Made by a program: the position numbers and the translations under genes | NCBI GenBank assembly: GCA_043228905.1 | Contig: JBHGNT010000011.1 | Span: 14,570,001 to 14,634,000 of the forward strand | Reading direction: 5' to 3' | Source of the DNA: Azolla caroliniana | Taxonomy: Eukaryota > Plantae > Polypodiophyta | DNA length: 64,000 nucleotides | Notes under the pieces: generated by a model | Databases searched by the model: none | What the model saw: the letters and a program-made list of their open reading frames with translations, nothing else | What the model was told of the DNA's origin: nothing | In this document: piece by piece, positions 38,621-51,249 of the stretch | Numbering within the stretch: position 1 is the stretch's first letter | Layout of the letters: each line of letters opens with the position of its first letter

Positions 38621-39379
38621 AAATTAATCGATAACACACCCACACACGCACATTTAGACAATGCATAGACAAGAATGGACAGTACATGTGCTTTTCTCAA
38701 TGATTCTGTTGGTAAAAAACAAGGTGCAACTTTCTGAAATGAACATGACGTGATAAAAGCCTTTACATAAAACAAAATGAAATTAGAGAGAGGACTCGTG
38801 TTTGACGACATGAGAAGCCATTAAGCATAGTGTGATGATTCTAGAATGTAAAGTTTTGCCTCATAGATTTAGCAACATATGACTGGTCTTTCAGAATTGT
38901 CAGCATCATGTTTGGATCAGCCGATGCTACAAACCCCTCGTATGTATCAAGAGAAAAGAAAATAATGAAGTATCTTGCTATGCACACGTCGTGTATGTAA
39001 CGAGAAAACAAGAAGCAACAAATATGTTGGTGTACACGGAAAAAAAAGCGAAAAAGCAAATCTGATACTTCCAATGCTTCGAACCATTTTCATGTAAATA
39101 ATAGCATTTGCATCTTCTTAGATAAAAAAGACAAAAAACAAAGGCACATGATGTAATATGCTGTATAAAAAGGAATGACGGCTTTTGTCTTGAAACAAAT
39201 AAAGAGAGTTACATTTCTAAAAATGAAGTGTATAATTTGCTCGTAAAATGTAATAATGTCTACCAAGAGTAACGAGACCGAAAATTCGAAGTGCTTGATT
39301 GAATAAAGAAACAGAATTCACGGATGGCTTACTGAATACATAATAATTAGAGAGGGAAATAAAAATTCCGAGTATGTTT

Positions 39380-39451
39380 TGTGGCTGCTGGGATTCGAGC
39401 CCAGGTCTCCACGGCCACAACGTGGAATTCTAACCACTAAACTACAGCCAC
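39380..39451 (-). tRNA. tRNA-His: tRNA-His(GUG), cytosolic type, no intron
   Basis: GTGGCTGTAGTTTAGTGGTTAGAATTCCACGTTGTGGCCGTGGAGACCTGGGCTCGAATCCCAGCAGCCACA forms a complete cloverleaf with anticodon GTG and discriminator A. G-1 is not encoded. A T5 terminator lies ~15 nt downstream. Confidence 0.97.
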
Positions 39452-39660
39452 TCGATGAGATTGAAGCATCACACAATCCATTTTTGTAATAATAATTTGG
39501 AGCATCAAAATTCCATTTGGGCCCTGCACTTGGTTTTGATCCCTCGGCTTGCAATTCAATGTTTTTTTTTTCCAGATCTGAGCTCATTAGAAAAGACCAC
39601 AATTTTTGGTTAGTTCCTCTTCATTCTGGGAACTTCCTCACTCTCCAATATCTCACAATC

Positions 39661-42600
39661 ATGGGCTCCAGATTAAGGTAGAGATAATGCTTTATTTTTG
39701 CAGGTCTATTCATGCTTCGTTCCTCTGAGATTTGATCTTTAGGGTGTTTAGTAATCATGAACTCAAATAGCTCACTAAAAGATTCATCCTTTCTCGGCTT
39801 TAACTCTGTATTTGAATGCGTATGAACCAAATACTGAATAAAAAAACTCGTGTCAAGGCATTTTTCTAGATGATTTATGCGATAATAGACCCTATAATTA
39901 CAGATGATTAGTGTATCTTGTCGTCTATGATTCATTTCTATAATTTAGTGAGATGCAAATTGGCTGTGCATGTAAAGGCATTTTCTAGATTGGTTGTGTG
40001 ACACATCTTCACTCATGATCATCGTAAGCTATGTAGATTGCCATCTGTGGTGCATTTCTCTAGATAAGTTATATGCTATTCTACCTATTAAAGACGGGTT
40101 AATTAACGGTTTGCATTTCTTAGGTTGATATTTTACCTTTAACTATGTAAGCTTACTTAGTTGATGCATTTGTTTACATTTCTGTAGTAGCTTGTACAAT
40201 CAGTTTCATTAGGGAAAGACTCTCCATGAATAGATTATTGCATGCATCTTCTTGAACATCTGCTTATTGTATGGAAGCGATTAACTTTATTGAATTTGGC
40301 GATATAAGTTTCGAGAACTTGAGAGATAAACGCGAAAGAAGATATTCTAGGTATATTACCAATGCTTCCTAAATTATGTGTCAAAATCAGGGATATGATA
40401 CGAGCGATAAGGTCATGTAAGACCGCAGCAGAAGAACGTGCAGTTGTGAAGAAAGAGTGTGCAGCTTTGCGGACATCCTTCAATGAGAATGAGCAGGATT
40501 ATAGTCATCGGAATTTGGCAAAGCTTATGTTTATACATATGCTTGGGTATCCCACACACTTTGGCCAAATGGAGTGCCTTAAGCTCATTGCCTCGTCGGG
40601 TTTTCCTGAAAAACGGATTGGTTATCTTGGTTTAATGCTCCTTCTAGATGAGAGACAAGAAGTCCTAATGCTAGTCACAAATTCACTGAAAAAGTGAGTT
40701 CAGAATGCTTGCAAACTCAACTCTGTACTTGACAAGCTGCTACTGGTAGAAATATGTGCAATCTTTGACCTATGACTTTTTTATACTCACAGTGATCTCA
40801 ACCACAGTAATCAGTTTATAGTTGGTCTTGCACTTTGTGCATTGGGTAATATCTGCTCAGCTGAAATGGCTCGCGATCTCTCTGGTGAAGTTGAAAAGCT
40901 TCTTCAAAGCAACAATTCCTATATCAGAAAGAAGGTTGAGAATTTTACATTTGCTTATAAATCTGTCCATGAGTTAGATCTTCTTGTTTTGATTGTTAAT
41001 GTGCATCATCATTTTCAAGCAATGTATCATCATCAAGAATAACAATGTGATATAGAGATTTTGTTGGTTTTCTTTATAAGGTAAACATTCTATTTTTCCA
41101 TTCATTATTATGAATAGGAAGACATGGAATTTTCATTTCTATATGGATGTAATAGGCTCCATGACTTTCTGTCTGATGAGCGTAAACAAACACCGTCTGT
41201 TAATCATACACATTGTTTTTTCAGGCTGCGTTATGTTCAGTGCGCATATTGCGCAAGGTCCCTGACCTTGCAGATAATTTTGTGAAACCTGCAACTACAT
41301 TGCTCTCTGATAAACAACATGGATCTCTAATTGCTGGGTTGAAGCTATGCATTGAATTGTGCAAGGCAAATACAGGTGCATTAGAACATTTCCGAAAGGT
41401 ACACTTTGTTGGCACACACACCCTTTACAGATACTACCTGACTATCATGAGATGATATAACTTGGATGTACTGTTACTGGGGTTCTGTAACCCAGTTTAT
41501 TTAGATATTTATCAATGTTTTTTGTATAGTTAGTTTGTAAACTTCAGATAAAGTACGCTGCAATTTAGCAATCTATGTACACTATTCTGCTTCAAGTCAC
41601 CAGTGTCTGCCTGACTGGTCTGGAGTCAAGTGGTTCAAGCAAGGATCGTATTTGGGGGGTGCTTTATTATTCATTATGGATGTGGAGAATATTGTTTTGT
41701 ATTTAGTCTCATATGCCATTTCTCACAAACCAACTTGTTTCTATTTGGGGATTACATATTTTGGCAATAGGCCATATTTGTACATCAGGAGGGATTGTGT
41801 ATCTTCATAGGACGTGACCTCCCATTTGGTGCAATCCTAAGGGTTACCCTTTTGATAATTATTTCTCTAATCAAATGAATACATGTTCACATAGTTATTG
41901 TGTTCACACTAGTTACATTGGGCAGCACTAGTTTAATTACAACTTAATGTTGCTTTATTTTACGAGATGTTCTACAAGAATCACATGAATGTAATTTTTG
42001 GTCTCATAGGTCACGTTGGCCCTTTGAAGATGTGTTTCATTTCATTTCTTAGCTATGTTTCGTTCAGATTGATTTCAGTGTACCCAAAACACTATTTTTC
42101 ATTTAGACACAAGGTCTGTTGAGGATGGTTGACAATTAATTAACTTAATTTAACTTCGATTGTCTTTCACCCACTTATTAGTAGTTGTAATAAAACGTTG
42201 AAATCAGAGAGTGAGGATCGAGAAGACTCAACAACACACACTGACTAGCCGAAAGCTTGGGGCTCCTTAAGTTTTTCTTTATATTATTCCAACAAAATCA
42301 TTGAACAACAATAGCTATCAGAATTACAACCAACCAGCCTTTCTTTGGAGAAATGAACAGAAACCTGCAAAAGTGCTCCAATTCTCCAGCAACCTGCAAA
42401 AACCCTAATTTGATAGATACCCTGCTTTCTGGCAAACAATTAGCGTATTAACTTAGAGAGAAGGTAGAAGGTGGCGGAAATCAGAGCTTCTTGAGTCTTT
42501 TCTCTTAGAATTGTTCATTTTTGTACCCGACATTCTTCTCAGGTTATAATATCTGAAAAAGCAAAAAGTGAAAGCAAACTAGCACGACTTGCTTTTCTTT

Positions 42601-42905
42601 TTCACGCTTAGTGTATTTCAACATGTACAAACCTCGTGAGTGGGGATGAGAAATTGAAGAATGGAAAAGATCAGCAGAACACTACCCAGTAGAAACAATG
42701 GCAATTTGTGAACAATAATAATAAAGAGCTATATAAGCTATTTGGTTATGTATACTAATGTTAAAGTGGATACTCAGCTGATTACTTCCCAGTTAGACAT
42801 GCAAAGATGGAATATTGCAAACAATTTTTAGTCATGCACTTTAATACTAGTAAAAACTATTCTAAGGCATATACATACATACATACATACATACATACAT
42901 ACACA

Positions 42906-42954
<49 letters not shown>

Positions 42955-45900
42955 TTGGTCAATTATAAAATAGTTAATTCAGCGGTTTTTATAGAATCAT
43001 TATGGCTCTTAATTGATGATATGCACTCTGGTCATATTATTGTGAAATGGTTTCTTACGGTTTTTCTTTCTTATGCAGCAAACATCAATGGTAGTACGTA
43101 CATTAAAGAACTTGCTCACAAGTGGTTATGCTCATGAATATGATGTGAGTGGATTCACAGATCCCTTTCTTCAGATACGGCTACTAAGGCTTCTTCAGCT
43201 TCTTGGACACAATGATGCCAACTCCAGTGACATCATGAGTGATGTTCTTGCACAAGTATGACCTCTGGAACTTGGTTTCCTATTTTTCTAGCTAATGATC
43301 TGCTTCTGGCTGGCTTCTAAAATATGATGCAGTTTTTAACGAGCTTCAGAAGTCTGTTTGTTCTTGGTTAAAAATGCAGTTCAGTATTTAAGTTCCCATA
43401 ATCAACATTTAAGTTCCTGGATGATGCTCCTTTATATAAATTATGCCTTACAATTGGACTTCTGGAATTCACCTTTGAAGATTGACTTTCTATTCTTAAA
43501 GAAGGGTTGTTGCAGATAACACATGATAAGCAAATATTAGAAGTTTCCCAGTATAGGCAACATATTTATCAATTTGTCTGTGTAGGTCTTGATATGCGAC
43601 TATAAGAGTGGGGATACAACAGCACCTAGTCCACCCTATGCATGATGTAGTTGAGAGGAATCTATCCTCCTCGTGATGGATTCTTATGTCATATGTTTCA
43701 ATTGTCCCCTGTATCACCTGATATGCACAAATTGAATAATTAGACTTAGCTTGCCTTTATTCATCTTGGTATTTATATCCTTAGCTTTGTGTTTTAATTC
43801 TCTATCTTGGTTTCAACACATTCTATGGATGTAAAGATAACGTCCTTTCTTTCTTTATCTCATCTTCTCATGCACCCAAAATTAGTGACCCTGAATTTTG
43901 AGGTTGCAAAAATTGGGCTGCCAGACTAAAGCTGCGGAAAGTGTCGTTATACTTTCTGTGATTCATGCATACTTTTGGCTTTATCTTAGGTGATGGAATG
44001 TACATTACAATGCGAGCTTCAAATTATGTTTTGTTGTTCTTATGGAAGCGAACTTGTATGGCAGGTGGCTACCAATACTGAATCTAATAAAAATGCAGGA
44101 AATGCCATCCTTTACGAATGTGTTCAGACAATCATTGGTACAGAGGTCACTAGTGGGCTTCGAGTGCTAGCTATTAATATTCTTGGGCGTTTTTTATCAA
44201 ATCGTGACAACAATATTAGGTACATACTTTACCATTTTTATTTATGTTACAAAAGACTGGTTTTGTGATATCACAGTGAATGTATTTAAACTTTAGACGG
44301 ATTCATGTAAGTTGAAATCCATTGATTATTTCAATCTGGATTTTAGTTTTGACGGCAACAAGCTTGTGAATTTCAGATATATTGCACTAAATATGCTTTT
44401 GAAGGTGGTCTCTGTGGATACACAAGCTGTTCAACGACATAAGATAACAATAGTTGAATGTGTAAAGGTATGTTGTCATGATACCAGTTGAATAATATGT
44501 GTAATTACTTTTACTTGAACAAATCTAGTCAGAACTTGGCAATTGTTTATGTACTATTCTCAAGTTCTAAACCTTTTCAACTCCCAAGTCTTATTGCTTA
44601 TGCAGTGTTTGACTCCATGTGCAAAATGTTTTCAAGCTTCTAATATGCCAATGATGCAGATTCTGTTCATGCACAATGGAGTTTTATATGATGACATGCA
44701 AGCATAAGATGAAATTAATATACTAATTAATCTCCCTTGTGTCTTTGACACAAGCCTTTTTAATATACTGCAACTTATATTCCTGTAATCAATGAATTTC
44801 TGTCTTTTTCTTGACATAAGCAGGATACAGATATCTCTATCCGACAAAGAGCTTTAGAGCTAGTGTATGCGTTAGTCAACAAAACTAATGTAAAGGTATT
44901 AACAAAGGATCTTTTGGAGTATCTGAAGACGAGTGACTCTGATTTCAAAGGTTTTCTTACTGCTAAAATCTGCTCTATTGTGGAGAAGTAAGGAAATACA
45001 ATTTTAAGATTCCATATGAGGATTGGAATGTTTTTAACCTTCTGATAAATTTCTACTCTGTTCTTGCTTCTAGGTTTTCCCCTGACAAAATTTGGTATAT
45101 AGACCAGATGATAAAAGTTCTTGCTGAGGTATTCTCTTGGCACTAAAATTTTATTTGTTCTGTTTTTTATATCTAAATTTTTATTAGATAAACAGAGTTT
45201 GGTAATGTGGTTGATAATTTCTTTCTTTTGTCATTTTGTTTGATGACCTGAATTCATGTATTGGGATTCAGCATTTGAAACTTGTGAAGGGGCCTATATA
45301 AAACAGAGAAGAAAACAGAAGGAATATGAAATATTACAATTTACACCCATTGCATCATCTTGTTTTAAACACAAAATTCAATGCTTTAAGTTATATTTCT
45401 CTTAGGTTGGGTAGATTTGAAGGTAATATTGTTAGAAATCTTAGAATGTTTGCAGGTGAAATTTTATATGAAATGATGAGATCTTCCTGGTCTTGCAGGC
45501 TGGAGACTATGTAACTGATGCTGTTATCAATGCTTTTGTTGTGGTAATTAGTAATGCTATTGACTTGCAAGGTTACACAATTCGATCCCTATACCGATCT
45601 TTTCAAAACTGGAATGGACAGGTTAGACTTTAGAAGTTTTGAATTTTTTATCGTGCTATGTCTGGAAGCTCATGCTATAGAATGATCAGGAAAGCTTTGC
45701 ACAAGTAACTGTCTGGTGCATTGGAGAATTTGGTGAGATGCTTACCAAGCATGCTGGTGAGCAAGAAGTTGAAGAACCATTTACTGTAAGCTGACCGAAT
45801 CCCAATTTTGTCTATTAGTTTCTTTGTGCGTATGCATAGTATTATACACCATTGAATATTTTAATATGGCAAATGGGTTGCCTGTATATGAAGCTGAATA

Positions 45901-48477
45901 ATGAGTCAAGAAGATATATGAGTACCCTTCCTTGGAACTGTTTTCAGTCCCAAGGGGCATTTCACCATTGGGAATTAATTTAGATCTTCAATTTTACTTG
46001 GGAAAAATTTCCCTCATTCAAGTAGAACACACTGACAATCATAATTTTGTTTTGAGGAAAAGTATATCTTTCCAAAATAAATAAAAGCAATCATGTGGCA
46101 TAATTCATGTGCCATAGTTTTGTGAATCGTTTGATTATGGTTTATCTTTGGCAGGTGACAGAATCGGATGTGGTAGATATTGTTGAAAAGGTTGTGAAAG
46201 ATTCTCGAGTGAAGTCTGATACTCATGCAATTGCACTAATGGCATTGCTAAAACTTTCTTCTCGGTTTCCTTTCTGTACAGAGTTAGTTTTTTGTGTGTT
46301 TATAGTCTTAACATTTTGATTTCCAGTTACTGTTGATGATACAAATGAGAGTGGAGTTATCAATTTGGACATGATTTTGCGTCTTACAATTTACCTTCAT
46401 GGTTTTCTATTCTCTTTCAGTAACAGCTTTTCCAATTGAAGACTAATCTTTCCTTTCCCCTTTGTAGGCACATCAAAGATTTAATATCACAGAGTAAAAG
46501 CAGTTTTGTGTTAGAATTACAGCAAAGAGCAATAGAATTTGGATCTATTCTTTCGAAGCATCAGAATATTAAGTGAGTTCTTTTACCAAGGGGCTTCTAA
46601 GTAAATTCCTCCCTCCTAGTTTAGGTGGAGGACTGTTATTTAATTTCGTTGAGTTGAGTGAATCTAGAATTTCCGGATTTTATGTTCACAACTCCAGGGA
46701 AGTGCTACTGGAGAGGATGCCAGTGCTGGATGAAGCAGCCTATAATGCTAAAAGGTCTGATGAGGTCACTATTGGTATTGCGACCGATGTGAAGGCTGCA
46801 TCAACATCTACTTCACCTATAGCCTTACCTCTTTCTAATGGGCACAAGAAAACAGTGGTTCCATCAACAAATGCATTGATAGATCTTCTTGATTTGTCTG
46901 TTGAGGATGCTCCAGGTCCTTCACAATCGCCTGGTGATTTTTTGCAAGACCTACTGAGTGTAACATCAATGCCACCATCCGCAAATGCTACAAATGGTAT
47001 GCATGGATATTCTATAAGAATTACATAAGAAACACCATCATGATCTTGAGAGAGTATATGTAACAAATGTAGTCGATCGTTCTCAATAAATAGGCTTAAA
47101 ACATTCTCAACTGGCATTTCAACAAATATGCTAAAATTCTCTCAACGTTATACCTATATGCTAATTGAGTATTCTCATGAAAAAAAGACATTCTACTGGT
47201 TCATAAATACTCTGTAAGAACCTTCACTCTTCACTTTCTCATGAATCAGGACATTACTTTGTGATGCTCATGGATATGATTTTGTGAAAGATCAAAATCA
47301 AAAGAAACTATTCTGATAATTTTCCCTTCTATAAATGAACTGACAGCAATGCTTCAATAGTGTATATACTGAAAACATTTGAAATCTATGACTTTTGACA
47401 TGCAGTCCAGACCTCAGCAGCAAGCGCAGACATATTGTTAGATCTACTCTCCCTTGGAAATGCAGATATATCTGGACCTTCATCTTCTGTAGCTCATAGT
47501 TTTCGTCTCTCTCAAGGGCCTAACAGCTCACTACTCAATTCACCCTCAGACACAAAAGCATTGTCATCTTCACTTCTGGATTCTGTCTCCACAAATGCAT
47601 CCAAGTCCACGACAGATTTCTTTCGTGACTTTGTTGCGGAAACTCCAAAGCCAATGGCAAATGGTAAATAAATGTTCAGTAATAAGTTTCACATTCAATT
47701 AGGTTGTATTATTTTTTTATAATTCCTGTATTGCAAATATAGAGAGCTTGCAATTCCCATCTGTGGATGTGTATCAAAGCAAAGCGCTGAAGATTACATT
47801 CAGCTTCTCAAAAACGTCTGATAAACCTCAATCCACCTTGGTAAAGACCGTGTATACAAATCTGTCGGATACGCCATACACTGACTTCATTTTTCAAGCG
47901 GCCGTTCCAAAGGTAATGAAAAATTGTTGCGATTGTTTTCAATCATTCATTTTGATGTTGTATATAAGGTTTGAACTCACATTTCTTGAAGATATCGAAT
48001 CCAATGAACTAAGTATTTTGGCAATGGGTTTATGTTAGACAATTCATCTTGATGCTGTTTGCTTATGTTTCTTTAAGATATTCTTTTAGCAAGCTAAGAG
48101 TTTTCTTTTTCTTTCAGTTTATACAATTGCACTTAGAGCCTGCAAGTGGAAGCATCCTCCCTCGAAACGGAGATGGTGTGATAACCCAAAACATTAAGAT
48201 CACCAACAATATGCATGGACAGGTAAGATTCTTACAGAAAGTATTCTATGATATGAATGTGTGTGCATCGATCACACACCATATATATTGCAGCATGTTG
48301 AATGAAAAAACTTTCTATGAAAGATAAAAGTGCACATGTATAGCTCTCTTATATTTCACCACATTTTTCAAAAATTTGCAGAAACATTTGGCAATGAAGT
48401 TAAGAATTGGGTATAAAGTTAATGGTCAGGATATGCTGGAGCAAGGTCAAGTGAATAACTTTCCTCATGGTTTGTAG
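39661..48477 (+). CDS. AP1G: AP-1 complex subunit gamma (gamma-adaptin), ~885 aa, 18 exons: 39661-39677, 40391-40693, 40793-40934, 41225-41398, 43079-43255, 44065-44219, 44377-44467, 44824-44987, 45074-45128, 45499-45621, 45690-45785, 46155-46282, 46468-46572, 46698-46996, 47406-47663, 47743-47912, 48118-48222, 48382-48477
   Basis: MGSRLR|[80 protein letters not shown], ear domain FIFQAAVPK|FIQLHL...QVNNFP. Exons total 2658 nt in frame. Confidence 0.95.
41630..42050 (+). mobile_element. LINE 3'-end remnants in AP1G intron 4: an L1-like 3'UTR plus a short RTE 3' tail
   Basis: 41980-42035 (tcacatgaatgtaatttttggtctcataggtcac..gaaga) matches the RTE 3' end at ~16620-16670. Confidence 0.55.
42196..42623 (-). 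mobile_element. Solo-LTR-like element in AP1G intron 4
   Basis: Termini (c)GTTGAAAT...ATTTCAACA are inverted, with a minus-strand TATATAAA inside. No clean TSD. Confidence 0.5.
42873..42949. repeat. (ACAT)n(AC)n microsatellite
   Basis: Directly visible. Confidence 0.95.
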
Positions 48478-49649
48478 ACAGTTAACCAAATAAAAGAGAA
48501 AGAAAGAGAGATTTGGGTCTCATTAACGGTCTTATGTAGTGAGCTCTGAAGGGAGGTAAATGGCTGAACTTTGAATAAATACCTAGAATCCTCGTTCCAT
48601 CAGTCTATGATGATCTATTTTCAGCAGCAGATGTGGGCACATAAACAGCTTTTGGAGTAGCAGAGCATACCAGAATTATTTAGCATAAAGCTTTTGAGCA
48701 CTTTCGCTGGTGCCAAATATGAATATGCCTTTTTGGTCAAGTAATGGGTTGATTTTTTGAGGCATTGTTTTCAAATGTCAAATGTCTACATATATACACT
48801 TCTGATCAGATCGTGGGTTTTGATCGAGCAGAGGATTGTTGAAAATGGTGAGCTTTTTATTCATTCTACACTTCTCAGGAAATCCAGACACGTAATGGTG
48901 AGTGGGCTGAATGATGATCTAGGAGATTATAGCTCGAGACAAAAAGAAATATAAACTATCTTTTGTCGCATCATCAGCAAGAGATGCATATTAGAGCATT
49001 TCAAATGTAGTGGCAACCTCCCTTCTATACTGTAAGATCTTCTAACAAACAGCAGAAAAATGAGGATGATGATGTGTGTATTTTGGACGTAAGGTAATGT
49101 AAAAGTTTAAAATTTTCATTGGGGGATTTTTCTGCATAAGATTCAAGCTTAGATATCGAAAAAGAATTGAAATGCATCGATATATGTATTTATCGTTGCT
49201 ATATTTACTATATAATTGATGCCTTGTGCTCTGGTGTATTTTATCTAAATCACTGGTACTTCTATACAATCATAGTTTCAAACTTTTTGCAAGAAAAAAC
49301 AGTTTTGGTACATATGATGCTGTAATAATATCTTGGTTCTTATTGGAGAGCTCTTGTTTGGTGAAAATTATCTAAACAAAACTATGTTTCAAGACAAAAC
49401 AAAGTATTGTTATACTTGTAGTAGATGAGAAGACATGCAACTCAATTGTAGAATTGACAACAATTGGAATGGTCACGATTCACTAGTTTAAACCCTGCAC
49501 CATTTTGAGGTGAACAGAAAACAACAAAAAAAAGACAGCATAAATTTCTAGAAGGAAGAGCACATCCGTGCCTTAACTGTAAGGGCTATATTATTGGGCT
49601 AGGGTAAAATATCCCAAGCTATCCTAAGTGTGTTCACGCATCACAATCA

Positions 49650-50417
49650 CAAATATATCAATGGTCCTCATATTTTAGCATTACTTCGAAATGTGCACAA
49701 AAGGTAATGGATGCCTCCAAAAGAATTTACATCCAAAGTAAATTGAATGTCAATAGCCCCAAAACCAATTGTTATGCTTGTGAAGACTCTTGATAAGGCT
49801 AAACCAAACATTGTGTACAACAATGAGACACTTGAGATGTTTGTTAGCTTCAAAACACCTTTGCGTTGAGCTTCCTCATGGCAATGAGTTTTTTTGTGGT
49901 TTAGTTTGTGAGTGATTTTTTTTGCGAATACTACTTTTACGAGTTTACATTTTCAAGCATCTTTGGGAATGCGATTTATAGTAACACATGTGCTTATCAA
50001 CTGCCTACAAGGGCAATTGGATGGGGTTTGCAGCCACTCCAATGATGTGGTCATTGCTTGTTTGCGCTTTTGGCAGAAATGGCGGAACACGCCTATGGTG
50101 ACACAAGGAGGAAGTGCCCAGAGGTGAAACTACTAGCCCCCACGTTGGATGTTTCCTACTCACCTGCCACCCTCTCTTCATTGTAGGCCTGAGGAGTCAG
50201 CTCGTACTAGCCAATATTGAAGGGCACCGCTTTTAGCTATAGGTATCTACTTACATTAAGTAGTTAGTTTGAAAAGCTATGTAACTAGTCTTATTTTCTT
50301 GAACTTGATTGGAGGGAGATTCCCCGATTTGTGTATAAGCCTCCTTGTATAGTCTCTTTGTAATAATCCTTCCTATCTAACGGGAAAGTAGCTTCATTTT
50401 GGAAAAAAATAAATAAA
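49650..50417 (+). mobile_element. RTE LINE fragment (~49650-49880) abutting an L1 3' fragment with an A-rich tail
   Basis: 49720-49860 aligns by eye to RTE 15480-15615 (aatgt.aatagc...atgcttgtgaaga...tgtacaa.aatgag.cacttga). 50000-50160 encodes KWRNTPMV..P.WMFP, like the L1 C-terminus at ~23460-23540. Confidence 0.7.
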
Positions 50418-50535
50418 TTCAATCACTTATCTATTTTCTTATATATTGTTTTTGAAGGCTCACATAACTAACAAAATACAAAAAAAGCTACCAAAATAAA
50501 TTTCACCTCCTACATATCCATGAAGACATTAACAA

Positions 50536-50902
50536 TAACAATTGGCAACGGTTCGGTTTAGTTCGAGAGTGTCAAAACCGAACCGTTTAAAAATTTTGAA
50601 ACTGTTAAAACCGTGGTTTTGTGTTTTGGTTTTGGTTTTCAACTTAGGTCAAAATTCAAAATTGAAAAATTGAAAAAATTTCATTATTATAAATTTTCAA
50701 AAATTTAAAGATTTTCCTAAAATGTGAGAATAAGGCTTGAAAATGAAAAGATTGTTAAAAAAAGAAAGAAAAACCCATTAAACCATTTAAACTGCGGTTT
50801 CTAACTATTGAAACCGAACCAAACCAAACCGTTTAAACCGTTAAACTGTGGTTTTGCAGTTTGGTTTGGTTTGGTCCGGAAACCGAACCGTAGCCGAATG
50901 TT
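50536..50902 (+). mobile_element. MITE family B, complete copy, ~350 bp upstream of the RecG start
   Basis: Imperfect ~21-bp TIRs TAACAATTGGCAACGGTTCGG / CCGAACCGTAGCCGAATGTTA, AAACCG/CGGTTT subterminal arrays and an AT-rich core. Confidence 0.8.
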
Positions 50903-51249
50903 AAAATTTAGCAACTTATGTCATGCACACTTTTATCACACCACATATTTGGATCTCTGTCATTGTCTTGTCTCTCTCTGTCTGTCTCTTTGAAGAGTTC
51001 CGAAATACATGAGGGGTAGTTTTGAGAATTTAGAGAAAGTTTGGAGAGCTGCTAGTATTATGTTATATTTACATTTGTATGTATTTCTTCTCTCTGTCTC
51101 TGTTGGACGGAAGCCCACCCATTTCTCTCTGTTTCTCTATGAAGCTCTGTCTTACGCAGAGGATACATTCGAGAGACGTTAATGCTGCATCCACCATCGT
51201 CATCACCATCACCATCACTGTCATCGTTACATCCACCACCTCCGTTCAT

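Noticed and set aside
43640-43727. C/D snoRNA in an AP1G intron, possibly guiding U6
   Set aside because: The C box is imperfect (ATGATGT) and the putative guide mismatches the U6 ACAGAGA region.
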